A stretch of 63,794 nucleotides of DNA, counting the filler, from Collodictyon triciliatum (lineage: Eukaryota): NCBI GenBank assembly GCA_043381765.1. It is 6 parts of 6 records of this genome, joined end to end, with 100 filler letters (N's around TTAATTAATTAA, not from the genome) between each part and the next. Parts side by side here need not be neighbours in the genome. Positions count along the whole stretch, not along the records: positions 12,549 to 24,991 come from JBHJMP010002167.1; positions 25,092 to 37,521 come from JBHJMP010002168.1; 4 more parts are not named here. One strand, 5' to 3'. Position 1 is the stretch's first letter, and each line of letters opens with the position of its first letter. Shown piece after piece: positions 22,641-35,941 of this stretch. The notes beneath the pieces are model-generated. The model saw only the letters and a program-made list of their open reading frames with translations. It had not been told where the DNA came from and searched no databases. A program made the position numbers and the translations under genes.

Positions 22641-24561
22641 TTTTTAAAGAAAGGTGCATGCATATTTTGAAGAGTTAAAAGAACTTTCTTGAGTATATTT
22701 TTAGTGTTGATAAAGTCCCTTGTTAACAATACACCTTGCATGCTTTCTGAGAGATTGCATTCTTTACATATGAGACATCTATAAAACTTATTTTGCATTT
22801 CCTTTCGGTTTCATATATTCCAGTTCCTTTTCGCAGTTGCAACACATCTTGGAGGTTTTAAATTCATCTACACTAAAGGTTTCAAAACGTTTGGATAGTA
22901 TTTTCGTAATCCTCTTCCGATTGTTGGCATAAAATGGTTCATCTGAGATTTTCTGCTCCAATCTCCATACGCCAGTACAACATCCTTGCCAAATGTCTTT
23001 TCGATTCGGTCCATAAACAACTGTTCACTTCTTTTTGTGTTAACATACTGTCTCCATTCTCGCTACACTTTGAATCGAATAAAGGAAAAAAAAAAACATA
23101 CTGTCTCCATCTCATCTCTCGAAAAGTTACTCGTTCATAAAATTTGGATAATTCTATCTGGTATCTTGATTTCATAGATACATATTTTCGAAATTTTTCA
23201 TAATCGACTGTGCATTAATTATGTTTACTCAGTTCTGTCTCTAAATTGATTAAAGATACTCTTGATGTCTCCCCCTTGATTTTCTTCAATTGTTCTGTGA
23301 CCAAAAGAAACAGCACTTTGTAAACCTGTTGCCATGTATATCCCTGAAGAATTGTACTTTTCTTTCGTGCAAGAGTATTTTGTGATTTTTAAGAGATTTG
23401 CTATCATGTCTTTGGTGTGCCGTGTAGCGTAATTTCTTACCTGTTTCATCCGCCATGTAAACCAAATTAAACTTGCCTGCGTCCACTCCAACTATTTTTT
23501 TGTCGCTAATAAAGATAAATGCTCTTCGGAAAGTTCATCTATATAAACATATTCTTGGGTTTTTGATTATATTTGGAATTTGAATTTGAAATACCTTTCT
23601 TTTTAAATAACAATGACACCGCCAAGCCGTCTGTTTGTATCAAGTATTTAATATTGTAGTCTCTTTGATGAATGACCCTCTTCTTCATTTCAAAGAAGTT
23701 ATACCATAGTGTCTCTTTGCATCCTGACATATTCTTCAGTAATAATGTTTTTCCTGTTGATAATAATATATCTATCTATCAAACATGCAGTATCTAGAGT
23801 AATATGATATGGTATATTGTTCGTTCTTATAGGGATTGGTTGAAGCAGTTTGGTTCCAATATCCCCAAAAATGCGATTCATGTAAATTAGACATGGAATG
23901 TACTTATTTGGATTGACTTTGACGACATATTCGATAGCTTTTACAATATCGCTGGTAATGATACGATTCAAATGCATTATAGTCCATCATTTATATTGTT
24001 CCGGTATGTCGAGATTCTTGAAGATGGCAATTTTAATTTTCGTAACTATGCCTTTTTAATAGCATCCATCAATTCTCATCTTTAGGAACTTTGATTTATA
24101 AAGTGCAGTGACCTCTTTACAAAACGCTCTTTTATGTTACTATGATAAGCTGTGATTATTTGCTTCGCCAAGTACGGTAATAAACAAGACAGTCCAACCA
24201 ACGGAAAGCGTTCTTCTCGGGACAAAAGGAATCGAAAATAATTGAGATAAAAGTCATCATGTCATAACTCATTTCTGATTTTTAATCTTGCGGGTATATC
24301 TTGTGAAGCTTTTTCGACTATCTTTAAAGCGTACAGAAAAACCATTTCATAGATTGTTGAGACTTGTTGTGATTACAATATGTAACATCTTGCAAACAGA
24401 AAAGTGTCGGTAATCAAATTATGACACGATAAAACCGTATTGTTCATTTTGTAATCGTCATCCAGATTCTTTACAATCGACTGTAGAGATGTTTTCCCAT
24501 TTCGATAGTCTGGTTCTACAAACCTTAGATTCTCAAACTCAAGCCGTTTTCTTTTCTTCAT
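22589..24561 (-). pseudogene. Fanzor1 (TnpB-derived RNA-guided RuvC nuclease) pseudogene
   Basis: Broken frames give, in order: KTSLQSIV...FLFARCYIL, KVNPNKYIPCLIYMN, QPIPIRTNNIPYHITLDT, IQTDGLAVSLLF, RuvC-I VGVDAGKFNL, LAYGDWS...MPTIGRGLR, VDEFKTSKMCCNC, CLICKEC, RuvC-III TRDFINTKNIL. Several stops and frameshifts; no introns. Confidence 0.88.
23058..23094 (+). mobile_element. Micro-retroposon-like insertion, copy 1 (inside Fanzor)
   Basis: tctcgctacaCTTTGAATCGAATAAAGG(A)n between perfect 16-bp direct repeats aacatactgtctccat (23042-23057, 23095-23110). Confidence 0.9.
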
Positions 24562-25298
24562 CCGAAAGTCTTTGTTTTACTTTTTCTTTTAGAAAACTAC
24601 CGAGTTTTCAATTTTAATAAAACTTGAGTTAATCAATCAATTTAACAATAAATATAAAAAACTGCATAAAATCAATTTATGTAAAATTAAGCATATACCG
24701 AAACCCCTTTGGTTTTGCACAAAAACCACACGCCATGACAACTAAGCCTCACTATGACGACGAAAGTGCGGCCTACAAGCACTAAAGAACGTGACCGGTG
24801 GAGTGAGCAGCGGGACTGCAGGAGAAGGGACTCTACCCGGCCGGCTGTGTGGTGCGCCTTGTGGGCGTTTACACTGAAACACTGAGACGCACGCCACACG
24901 CCTGCGCTTGTTGGAGCAGCTGTGCGAAGTCCACCGCACCCGCGAGTGCGCCACGGAGGGCGTTGTGCTGCTGGCATCCGACCTGTCGAGCNNNNNNNNN
25001 NNNNNNNNNNNNNNNNNNNNNNNNNNNNNNNNNNNTTAATTAATTAANNNNNNNNNNNNNNNNNNNNNNNNNNNNNNNNNNNNNNNNNNNNTTCTCTTTT
25101 TTTTTTTTTCTTTTTTTTTTTCTTTTTTTCTCTTTTTTTTTCTCTTTTTTTTTCTCTTTTTTTCTCTTTTTTTCTCTTTTTTTTTTTTACACTTTTCTCT
25201 TACCCTCCGCACAGCACCCCGAGGTAGGCTCCCGCACACGAACACACACACACACTCACACACACATAGCGAGAGAGACCCTTCCCCGTCTGTCGATC

Positions 25299-27189
25299 AT
25301 GTGGCAGCGAACGAGCACACACGGGACGTCTCCAACAGCGCGGTGTGCTCACGCAGCAGTGATCTGCACCAACCTCTACGTCTTTGGAGGATGGAACGGT
25401 TCGATAATGCTGGACGATCTGCACGTCTTTCAGATCGGTTTGGACTTTCTCACTCGTTGCTCCTTATTTACAGAATTATTAGAATAGTTTCATGTCTCTT
25501 TTACTGGGGTTTTTACTGGGTTTTTTTTACTGGGTTTTTAAACTGGGGTTCTCCTTAAAATCTACAGATACAAAGACGTGGTCGAAGCCGATATTCACTG
25601 GAACAGCGCCCCAATGCCGAGCAGGACACAGTGCCACAGTTTGCGGCCATTTGATATATGTCTTCGGAGGTGGCGATGGAAGTGTGTTCCTGAACGACAT
25701 GCATGTGCTTGACACAGGTTTAGCCAATGACCAACTGACTCTCGTGTAGAACTCTTTAATTAAATGCACCCTCATATTGTTTGAAATGCTCATTAATATA
25801 TTTGTGTATGCACATTCATGCGTTATTTATGTATTGATTATTGGTTTTATTTGGTTTTATTTGGTTTTATTTGGTTTTATTTGGTTTTATTTGGTTTTAT
25901 TTGGTTTTATTTGGTTTTATTTGGTTTTATTTGGTTTTATTTGGTTTTATTTGGTTTTATTGGATTTTATTTGGTTTTATTTGGTTTTATTTGGTTTTAT
26001 TTGGTTTTATTGGATTTTTTTTCGTTCGTCATTAACCAGAGACGCTCTCATGGAGTCAGGCATATGTGGTACTGGTCAATTTCAATTTCAGACATTCGAG
26101 CCATCCGCATAAATGTCCACAATCCTTTTTAATCTATGAATTATGATGCATCGTCCTCATTCTTGGGTCAAGTCTGGAACTCCTCCTGCTGCTCGGTCGC
26201 GTCACTCTGCAACACTTATTTCTGGAAATCGAATCCTGATATTTGGAGGAGGAGATGAACGCCGTGTCTACGATGATATTTACTGCCTCGATATAGGTCA
26301 TATGATTTTCAATTACCTCATGTGCTGGAACAATATATGAAAATCGCACACGAATCATGCATATGCATATTGATGAAAGTACCGAAATAGTCCTGAATCA
26401 TTGATACTGTCATCTGCTGTATATATCAAAGCTTAATCAAACGCTGTCTATATTGTATAGCTACCATGTCTTGGTCCAGACTACGAACCAACGGAACCCC
26501 GCCAGCTCGTAACATATTATTTCAAAAAGAAGGATTATTGTATCCTGGGTTTGCTTTTGATATTCTGTATGCATATTCTTACTGTTTATTTTTATAGCAC
26601 GTTGGGCGCACACAGCATCTTTAGTAGGAGAGAAACTATTCATATTCGGGGGTCGTGATGGAGATCGGCTGTACGATGATTTGCACGTTTTAGATATAGG
26701 TCTTTCTCTCTATGATTCATTTACAATTTATATATTCTATATGGCTGAAAATTGGAAATGAACGCCAGTGTATGATGATACTCTGCATGTGTACTCGCGC
26801 CTTGTTCTCACTATGAAGAAACTCAGAATCCATGGCTTGGTCTCAGCCACAAACCTCCGGCCTACCACCGATAGCGCGGGCTGCCCATACATGCTCCATC
26901 ATCGGTACCATTCAACATCTATATATTGTGTTTGTAATATGTGCTGTTAGAATTTTTGTGTATCAACTTGTATATAAATGGGCGAACTCTGTGAATACAG
27001 CGACTGTGCCGTTTCTTATTGTTTTTATTCTCGTCAATACAGGAAATTGCCTGTATTTCTTTGGTGGAGGAGATGGAAATCGAATGTTGAATGAAATTGT
27101 GGTATATAATACTGGTATTCTTTCTTATAATGGAATTATGAATATTTAGACTCCTTTCTCTGTTTTTTTTTAGAATAGAATGAATCCTT

Positions 27190-27288
<99 letters not shown>

Positions 27289-28919
27289 TGTTTTGTTTCA
27301 GCCCTTTTCGTCAAATATCATGTTATGTAGTTTTATATCGGTTCCACCTATTTTAGATAACCTCACATGGACACGCCCAAATATCACAGGCACTTCTCCA
27401 ACATCTCGATGTGCTCATAGGTATATTCATTCGCTACTCCCAAAGTTTAGCTTGTTTGTACAAGTGACCCTTTTTCATCATTTTCTTTGCACTATTAGCG
27501 CATCAGCAACTGGAAGCCGGATTATTGTTTTCGGTGGCAGTGACGGGAACAGGCGATTCAAGGATATCTATATTCTGAATACTGGTGACCTTTATTATCC
27601 CATAATTTTATTATTATAGAAAAAAGAAAAAAACGTTTGAGTTCGTGTCTCATTTTTGAGAAATGAATTGCGCAACAAGCTGCCAGTAAGTAATCATCCT
27701 TTTCATTTTAAAATAGAGCATCTTGGAAAACACAAAGAGGAGCCTTCAAAGGAAGACAATAGAAAGGTTTTACAAAAAAAAAACCCCATATCTTACTCTT
27801 GTTAATGTTTCTTATTAGAAAAAACTGTACTTATCAATTGATTTATTCATTTAATCTTGTAATTGAAATAGACACCAAGTGTTCGGGCAATTAAAGGCTA
27901 CGGCGCTGCTTCAGATTCTGCTGATAAACAAATGACCTCTGTTTACGAATCCCAGCCTGTCCAAAACGAAGTCCACAACCAAATTGCAAGCACACTGATG
28001 AAATCGCCTCTGACAGAAATCCCCACAGCGAACCCAACCCCTGATGAAATTCCATCAAACGAGACTATACATGACATTCGCCCGACGAGTCCCTTAGTAG
28101 CAAACACACCGCCGCGTTTGTCTCTATACAACTGTTCTTTTTAAAAAAAATAAAAGGAATTAAAAATCATGAAATTAATGGCTTTTCGGTTCTTTTCTGT
28201 ATGCGGAAAAGTTTATGATAAAAAAAAAAAAGAAAGGCATGGAAAATAACTGTGCAAATTACATTATTTTCGGTGTAGAAAACCTGCCAAGGAGGTCGTC
28301 GTACGCTCACATCACTGGAGAACTTTCGATGGATATTCGGGGTTGGCTTCAGCTTCATAACATGGCAAAGTATACAGATTTATTTCTCCGGGAAGAGATT
28401 GATATGGTCATTCTGCCGCATATCACGGAACAAGACCTTGAAAAGATTGGTGTGGATGCATTGGTCTGTTGTTTTCGTGATGAATTTTCTTTCTTGCTAT
28501 CTCGCCTACAATTTATTATTTATTTATTTTTTAGCTCTTTGTCTAGTCTCTTTTTAATTAGCTTTTTTAAAATTTTATTCCTCACTGTATTTTTTTATTA
28601 TTATTTTGTGGTTATTTTATGTTCAAAATTAAAATTATGCGACTGATTGAAAACTCATTTTATAAATGCAATAACTCAATATGTATCCACATAGGGGGCA
28701 AGAAAGAGAATGATGCTCGCCATTACGCAATTGAAATTGTCTCAGAATTCTGCTCATTACTCAGTTCTCTCCACACAAATGAAGCTGGAAGCACACTCTA
28801 GTCGCCCCAGTATGACTCTCTTTTATGCTCTCACCTATGCACGAATCAAACAATCGAAGGGAAAACAATCGGAACAATATAGGACAAACATAATCCCAAC
28901 CAAGAATTATATCTTATGA
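25299..28919 (+). CDS. Kelch beta-propeller + C-terminal SAM domain protein (spliced)
   Basis: Repeated PxxRxxHxA...Y/IFGG motifs across GT-AG exons; SAM-like DIRGWLQLHNMAKYTDLFLREEIDMVILPHITEQDLEKIGVDAL|GARKRMMLAI. Exact stop uncertain. Confidence 0.88.
25840..26010. repeat. Intronic (TTGGTTTTAT)n minisatellite
   Basis: Direct reading; lies within a Kelch-gene intron. Confidence 0.95.
27190..27290. repeat. Intronic (GTT)n microsatellite
   Basis: Direct reading. Confidence 0.95.
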
Positions 28920-29468
28920 GTTCTTTTCGACAAGCGCTGTTTTCATCATCGCAAAAGACTGACTTTTTTTTTTTTTTTACCACAGCCTCGCCGAACAACG
29001 CCCTATTGTTACAAAAGATAGGTACATGCAAATAACAATTAATTGAATAATATAGTTGTCATAAGGGATTTAAAAAAAGTTTAATTCTTTTTTTATTTTA
29101 TTACAAAGTGATAGAAAAAAGAACAAGATAATCTGACAAACTGTTTGTAGCACTTGACTTGCAACAACTTGTCGTGGATATAAGCAAACTCAACCAATAA
29201 AACAAAGTCGGACTTTTTGGAGATGTGATGTTGCAGTGATTCTTGTCTGCAAAAAACCACGCAGACAGCGAAGCTTCGTCTGTGATATCATAACAGATTG
29301 CCCAAATCAGAGGAAGGGAAGAGAAAGAAAAGTAAGGAAAAGAGAACAAAGAGCAGAGGGAAAACAATAACATATTGATTAACAAAGAAGGGAATGTCAA
29401 GAAAGCATGCAAGTCTTGGATGAATTATGTTTTGTTTTTGTTTTTTTACTTTTTTTTTTTTTTTTGAC

Positions 29469-29562
<94 letters not shown>

Positions 29563-29769
29563 CCTTTCTTATTTCTCCTCTGTTCTAGATGTTCTTTTCT
29601 CCAAGAGGAAAACAATCAAAGAAATAAACGTACTAAAGAAATCGAAACATCGCTGGTGAATTGTGCTTGGGGGTTGAGATTGATATTTATTTTATTTTTC
29701 ATAATCATTTAAACCTTGGGACAAAGAGGCTCAAGAAAAGAAAATCTAAGAAGGAAGAAACTTTGTTGA

Positions 29770-32700
29770 AGGCGGAAGTGGGTGTCTGGGTTCCCCGGTA
29801 ATTGATGAGCACCGATTAAAATGCAGAATTCGATTCATAACCGTGATTCATTTCTTTTCCCTTTCATTCTTTTTCCTTCTGCAGCGTTTTCTTTTTTTAA
29901 AAAAAAAAGAAAAAAGAAAAATGAAGCTTGCACCACAACAGTGTGATTAAAAAAGAGTACGGTATTTCTCGATGATAAAAAGAAGGGCGTCGTTTGTCTG
30001 TGGGATTTGTGAGCTTGTTAAAAGCGTGTCGATCCGCGGACGAATGACATTTGGCCCAAAGACAGTGGCCTGCATTGCGAATCGGATTGTATAAATTGAA
30101 CTGTGAAAGTGATGATTGAAACAAAGATAGCAACACTTTTACATCAGGCTCGAGAGAGAAAAAAAAAAGAATGGGATATTTTCTTGATAATATATGTGGG
30201 TTTACAATCATATATGCTTGAAAAATCGAGAACAGAGATCCCTACCAGATTTTTCATGTTCATTTTGTTTTTCGAATGGAATTGCGAGACCCTTATTTCA
30301 TCGAATTTATTTGTTTAGGTATATAAAATATTGGTATTATTATTATTATTATTATTACTATTACGGTTCATGTAATAGTGTGGTAGAATATATTCCTATA
30401 ACCAATGCATGTCAACTTCATATAGGGTGTGTGTATATACATTTATGAGGGAGGAATAAGATTTACTTTGTGAGGAATGAACACAAAAACTGTAGCGCTT
30501 TTTGGTGCGAGTTGGGGAGTTTGATAATGATATTTTTAAATTCGCAAAGTTTGACCGCTGGGTCTTCGATTTCTGAGCAATAAAGGAATTGGTTAGAGCA
30601 AAAGTGAGGTATGCTCTCTAGGATGAAATAGAATACTAATGTGTTGAAAATATGGATGCATCAAGTGTCTCTTCATTAATATATATATATATATATCTTT
30701 AAAACAGCGTCTTAGATGTGAAACAGGCGCGATGGATGGTTACAGATAAATGAGAAATACATCTTCGTGCGTTATGCTTATTGGTGGCATATGCACTATA
30801 AACCATAAAAAGGGAAGCATTGCAAATGAATCGAGAACAAAACAAAAGCAGACTAATGCAAACACTCGTAATGGATTACCCTGTGCTGCGACTACATCTT
30901 CATACATGGCGAATGGGATGAGAGGCTCGGGCAGGTCACGCAACCACATTTTTATTATTGCGGCAATATCGATGGGGTCCTGGTCAAGAAAGTCGTAATC
31001 TCGACCTTTTCGATGCATTTTTTTTGGAAAAAAGAAAAAGGGGGGAGACAGAAGAGTGAGTGAGATGGTTATAGTATACCTTTTTGAAAACATTTCTATG
31101 GATAAATTCCATAAATCTTCATTGTATGTTGAAAACAGGGTGCAATACTACCTGCGTCTAGTGTTTCCTTAAGTCTTTCAACAGAAGCTGCGTTTCCTGG
31201 GACGCGGAAAATGCCCTCAATCTCAAGTCCTGCGTTTGGAATGATGAAGTAAACATAAAGTAAAAGAATCGGGATTTGGAGCCGACAAACAACAGTGTAT
31301 TTTATGAAAAAGCATGCATGTGATAGAAATTACCTTGAGAGAGAATGTGTTCTGCGGCGTCATGAATGAATTGTGGAACCGCGTGTTGATGGTGTTCTTT
31401 CTTGAGAAGGGCATCCAGAGGTGATCCAAAGACTGTTGGCGATATTTAGGGATTATGGGAGAAATGTTAGCACTATTGTAAGAATGTAACAATAATAAGA
31501 AAAAAATAATAAAAGATAGTGCGACGATATTTCATGTCCCACATACCTGTGTTTGCAACTCTCTCAGAAAGCGCACTGGATATGCTTTCGACCCATTTCC
31601 TCTTCTCCTCTGCGGTGGATGCTGATAGAATAAATGATTCGGATGGTAACAAAATCTCGAAGATGAATCGAAGATGTGTCGTATGGTAAAGGATGAATGT
31701 AGGTAGTTTGTAATGGCACATGAAAGAGAAGTATTTGAAAATTCGTTTCAATATGGCATCATCGGATTTTACTGGAGTGTGTCCTTCGTTTATTGCATTT
31801 TACTTCAAAATAGAATTATTCACGGGCTATATACACATCAAAGCCATTTATAAATAAATTTGTCTCAATTGAAAGACTGTTTCATAAAAGGATATTTCCT
31901 TGGTCAGGTAGATCACGAATTTTCATTTGTGAAATTTTGTACATATTACGAAATCTAAATGTGGTGTCATAGGGCAAAATTACAATGATAATAATTGATG
32001 GTAATTGGTTGCATGTAGGCTACCTGAAAAGGAAAACAGCGTGAGTAATTTGATATAGATGCACTACCTAAACATATTCTTGTTAGCTGAGCGAGCTAAT
32101 ATCAAGCGGTCATCAAATAGAAAAATGTGTCTCTGGTTGAGCTTCGATTCGTGGCATGCAATCAAATCTCCCTCTTGAATAAAGATAGAGTCCAACGAAA
32201 ATTTGTCCTATACGAGGAATATTTAGCCGATTAGGAGCATTGTCATTCATAATTTTGAAGCTTGTGTATTTATGCTGATCATTCAGTTGTATTTTGTGTT
32301 GATTTGTTGATTAATTTCATATTAACTACACCAAACTCAAGCATTTGTGGATAAACATGTGTTTGAAAAAAAAAGTGATCACTTACATGCCCGTCCTGCA
32401 TCCTCCTCAGAATATCGAGAACTTGTGCGCGACTTCCAGATTTTTCTAATCTATTGTTTGAAATAGTTAGTACATAGTTGATATGGTGTCGCGTTTGGAT
32501 TAATTTGATCATTTTTATTGGAGAAAAAATACCGCCATTGATTTGAGTATTAGGCTAATCTCACTTTGATTGGATGCTGAAAGTCAATCTCCTCATCGAA
32601 TCATACGCTTGAGATAGTTCACTATAATCATTGTGTTGCGGTGGAGTATTCTGCAATATCGTCTGTGAAGACAAGAGAAATTAAAAAAAAAATTAAATAA

Positions 32701-35700
32701 AAAGGCATCATTATTGCTTCGGAATTTAATGTTGAATAATTATTATCCCAAAACTCCCCTATGTTAATCTATTGACGTAATGACCAGGTATGTAGTCATT
32801 GTAAATTTTAACCTCGATAACTCGTTCATAAAGAGATGTCCTGTCCAAAGGCTGTGAGAGACACGCTTGGAATGGTAAATCGCCAGGATTTTGATTCTCA
32901 AATCCCTTGGTTGATTATTGATGATATTTTAATTCAAAAATGGAACGACAGAAGACGAGAAAAGAGAATATGGTAATATATATAGGACTATGTTGGCTAC
33001 GAAATTTTGAGCTTTTACTTGAACAAACGATGCGAATCTTGCATTCTCGTCAAAGCGCGAGAGAACATCACGAGAATGTTGGAAATTGTTTGCATACTCT
33101 TCGTATATCTTCATTGCATTCACCTATATTTGGTTTCATTTATTTAATTCAAGTGGTTACAATATAAATGTCACAATATTGACTGAATGAAATGACTCAT
33201 CGAGGAATGAATGGTGTGCAAAAAAAAACCCATTACAGATTTTTTCAAGATAGTTCCGATGTTCTCAGCAGCATAAGGCCATCCATTTGTGAGCTCTTCT
33301 AAGCTTTGGAGGAATTCATAGTGGTAATGAAACAGTGCTTCATAATTCCCAAATATCCCCTAAAAAAAAAAATTTTATCTCGTGAACACTTCTTTTTCAA
33401 AAAGAGCAGCAATTTAAACACCATTTAATAAAGAATATTGATTTTAGATGGAAATGAATGGTCGTAAGAAATGAATACCTTGAGTTCATGAGGGTCGGGG
33501 AAGTTTGGGTCACGGGAACTTCCTAGAGCAGAAGCTTGTTGCGATAAAGGAATGTAGAATGTCTGAAATTAAGTGTGGGGATATGTCAATATACTATTGC
33601 ATAATTTCTATGCTGCACGATCTAACAGAAAAAAATGAATGAGTGAATAGTCAAGACTTAGAAAAAGGCTTATTTTTTTTCGTAAAAAGAATGAAAGAGT
33701 AATTTTTGGGCATGTGAATTTAAATCAACGAATCATTTTGAACCTTGTAGCAATATTTCAGTATTTCCACATAACTTTTTTCTGCATTTAAGAGGTCCAA
33801 TATAGCCATTTGACGAGGAATCATTCCAGAACTCTCTAATGGGGGAAACCTCTACTGTAAGAATCGCTCAAGTTATGTACATAGGAATAGGAAACCGTAT
33901 AATAGTGAGCAGAGAACATTAGATATTTGAAATGATATTCACGAAGGCAAAAAATAAATAAAAAGTGAATGGGTATAGGTTTTGCCCATTACTCATCATC
34001 TTGTATCGTCTGTGTTCGATTCTTCTCTTTGCAAACCGTTGAATAGTGTAAATTGCCTTGCATTTTACTTGATGTTCGAACATATTTTGAACCTCAGTTT
34101 GCACTTGTTCCTGTCGATGATAGGAAATTGCCAAACATTCAATGATTGGTATAAAAAATCAAAGACAGCTTGCATGAAGATTAGTTACTTAATGCCTATT
34201 ATCGGTATCTACATTAGGCAATTTACCAAAAACTCTATCTGGTTCTCATCGAGCAATGCAATTGTGTTTTTTCGTAGCCCCTGAACACTTTCCAGGGTCG
34301 CAGCAACATCAGCAGGTTGCAATTTCATGGACAAGAGGAGAAACCGAAGGATTTTGTCAAAGAAGACCCCGTTATCCTTTCATACAGTTTTTTGTTTAAG
34401 AATCCCATGTGACCGTAATAATAATAATAATAATAATAATAGTAATAGTAATAATAATGCTTTTCTCGAAGGAACGACTTAATTAAATTGAGATTAAATA
34501 ATCCATTAAAAAACTAAATATATGGAACGAGGAAGATATTTACTCTTGGGTCTCGCACTGTAGCACCCTCTGAAAATCCTTCACCGTCGACCTCAAACCC
34601 ATCCAGGTCTGCTCCAGTAGAAATGTCAAGGTCTGAGATATTTGGCATATCGAGAGCCTCATTCTCGTTTTCATCTATTTCAGGTGTTCAAGGAAATAAT
34701 ATTTTGAATTGGTACATACTAAATAATGTAAAAAAAATTAGGCTTAATATAAAAATGGCATACATACATACATACATACATACATACATACATACATACA
34801 TACATACATACATACATACATACATACATACATACATACATACATACATACATACATACATACATACATACAGTTCATGAATGAATTATTACAATAACAA
34901 AACAAAAAACCTTTTACGGCTGACGGACTTCCGAATCCTTTCACCTTCACAGAGCCCGGTGAGCCTGCATCTTCAACGCTTGTTGAGCTCGAGCGCGAGC
35001 GCGGATTGTCTGTATTTGCCTCGTCCGACTCGCCCTCTCTTTTCGCATTCTGGCCCAGAAACGAGAACGAAAAGGAAGACGATTGTGTAGAAAGCGCGTC
35101 GGAGTTATCGGTTGGTTTGGCCTTTGAAAACGCAGCAAAGAACGTGGCATTTGTGAAGCGTTCGCGAAGGGACGATCCTGTGCGATCTCGTGAGGTGATT
35201 TCGTCCTCGTCGGCGTTTGTGCTGCCAAAGTGGATCGGCATACTCGGAGTCGACGAGGAGGTTGTGCCGCGTCGGATTTTGAAGATGGACGAAGCCCCAG
35301 AGGCCATGACTCTCGTGTCTGGTGAGGAAACTATGGAGCTGTGAAACGTACAAAGTGTTTGTGAAAAGGTTTTCGTTTTCGTTTTCGTTTTTTTTTGTCG
35401 GCCCCGTTAGCTGTTATTTATGGTAAAATAATATTAATAATAAAATAAAATAAAATAAAAACAATATAAAATAAAATAAAAACATTTGGGGAAGGCGTCC
35501 TGCGTGGGTCGACAAGGACTTGATTTTATTTGAAAGTATATATGTTCGATTGAATACATTTTCATATAGTCTCTTTGTTTCGAAGCATAAGTGCAGGAAG
35601 GTTAGGGCGAGGACTGGGTTTTCTGTCTCCAGGGAAGCACCCGCGCTTTGGCTGTGAAGCTTTTGGAGAAGGCGAAATCACCCGCGAGTCAAAGAATCTC

Positions 35701-35884
35701 CTGTGCTTGAAAGCCATGCGAAAATCATTCGGTGATATATCCTACATGTGGAATTTATACCGCTGGAGAAACTGCCATTCGTTTTGCTTTCGGGCTTTGA
35801 TTGACGCGTGAGAGTTGCTTGCTTCGGGGTAGGCCTATTGAGACGAACGGGGCTTGGCCATTGCTCCTGGCTGGGCGAGTGCAT
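29770..35884 (-). CDS. IQ + RhoGEF(DH) + PH + RhoGAP protein (spliced; 3' end approximate)
   Basis: IQ-like AIYTIQRFAKRR; DH: LLNAEKSYVEIL, IFGNYEALFHYHYEFL, IYEEYANNF, LSQPLDR; PH: RHIFLFDDRLIL, FILSASTAEEKRKWV; GAP: VFGSPL, EGIFRVPG, IKMWLRDLPEPLIP, NKMNMKNL|ATVFGPNVIRP. Exon 35884-35761 splices in phase to 35330. Confidence 0.88.
34759..34871. repeat. Intronic (CATA)n microsatellite
   Basis: Direct reading. Confidence 0.95.
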
Positions 35885-35941
35885 CTACACGGCCCGCCCG
35901 ACTGGCTGATACACATCATATATTATCTCTAGGTTGGAGAA

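Noticed and set aside
24562-24720. Terminal inverted repeat or TSD for the Fanzor element
   Set aside because: No convincing complement of the 22485 end was found; element boundaries remain undefined.
29397-29712. Poly-K/poly-F and other low-complexity ORFs
   Set aside because: Translations of poly-T, microsatellites or N gaps, not genes.
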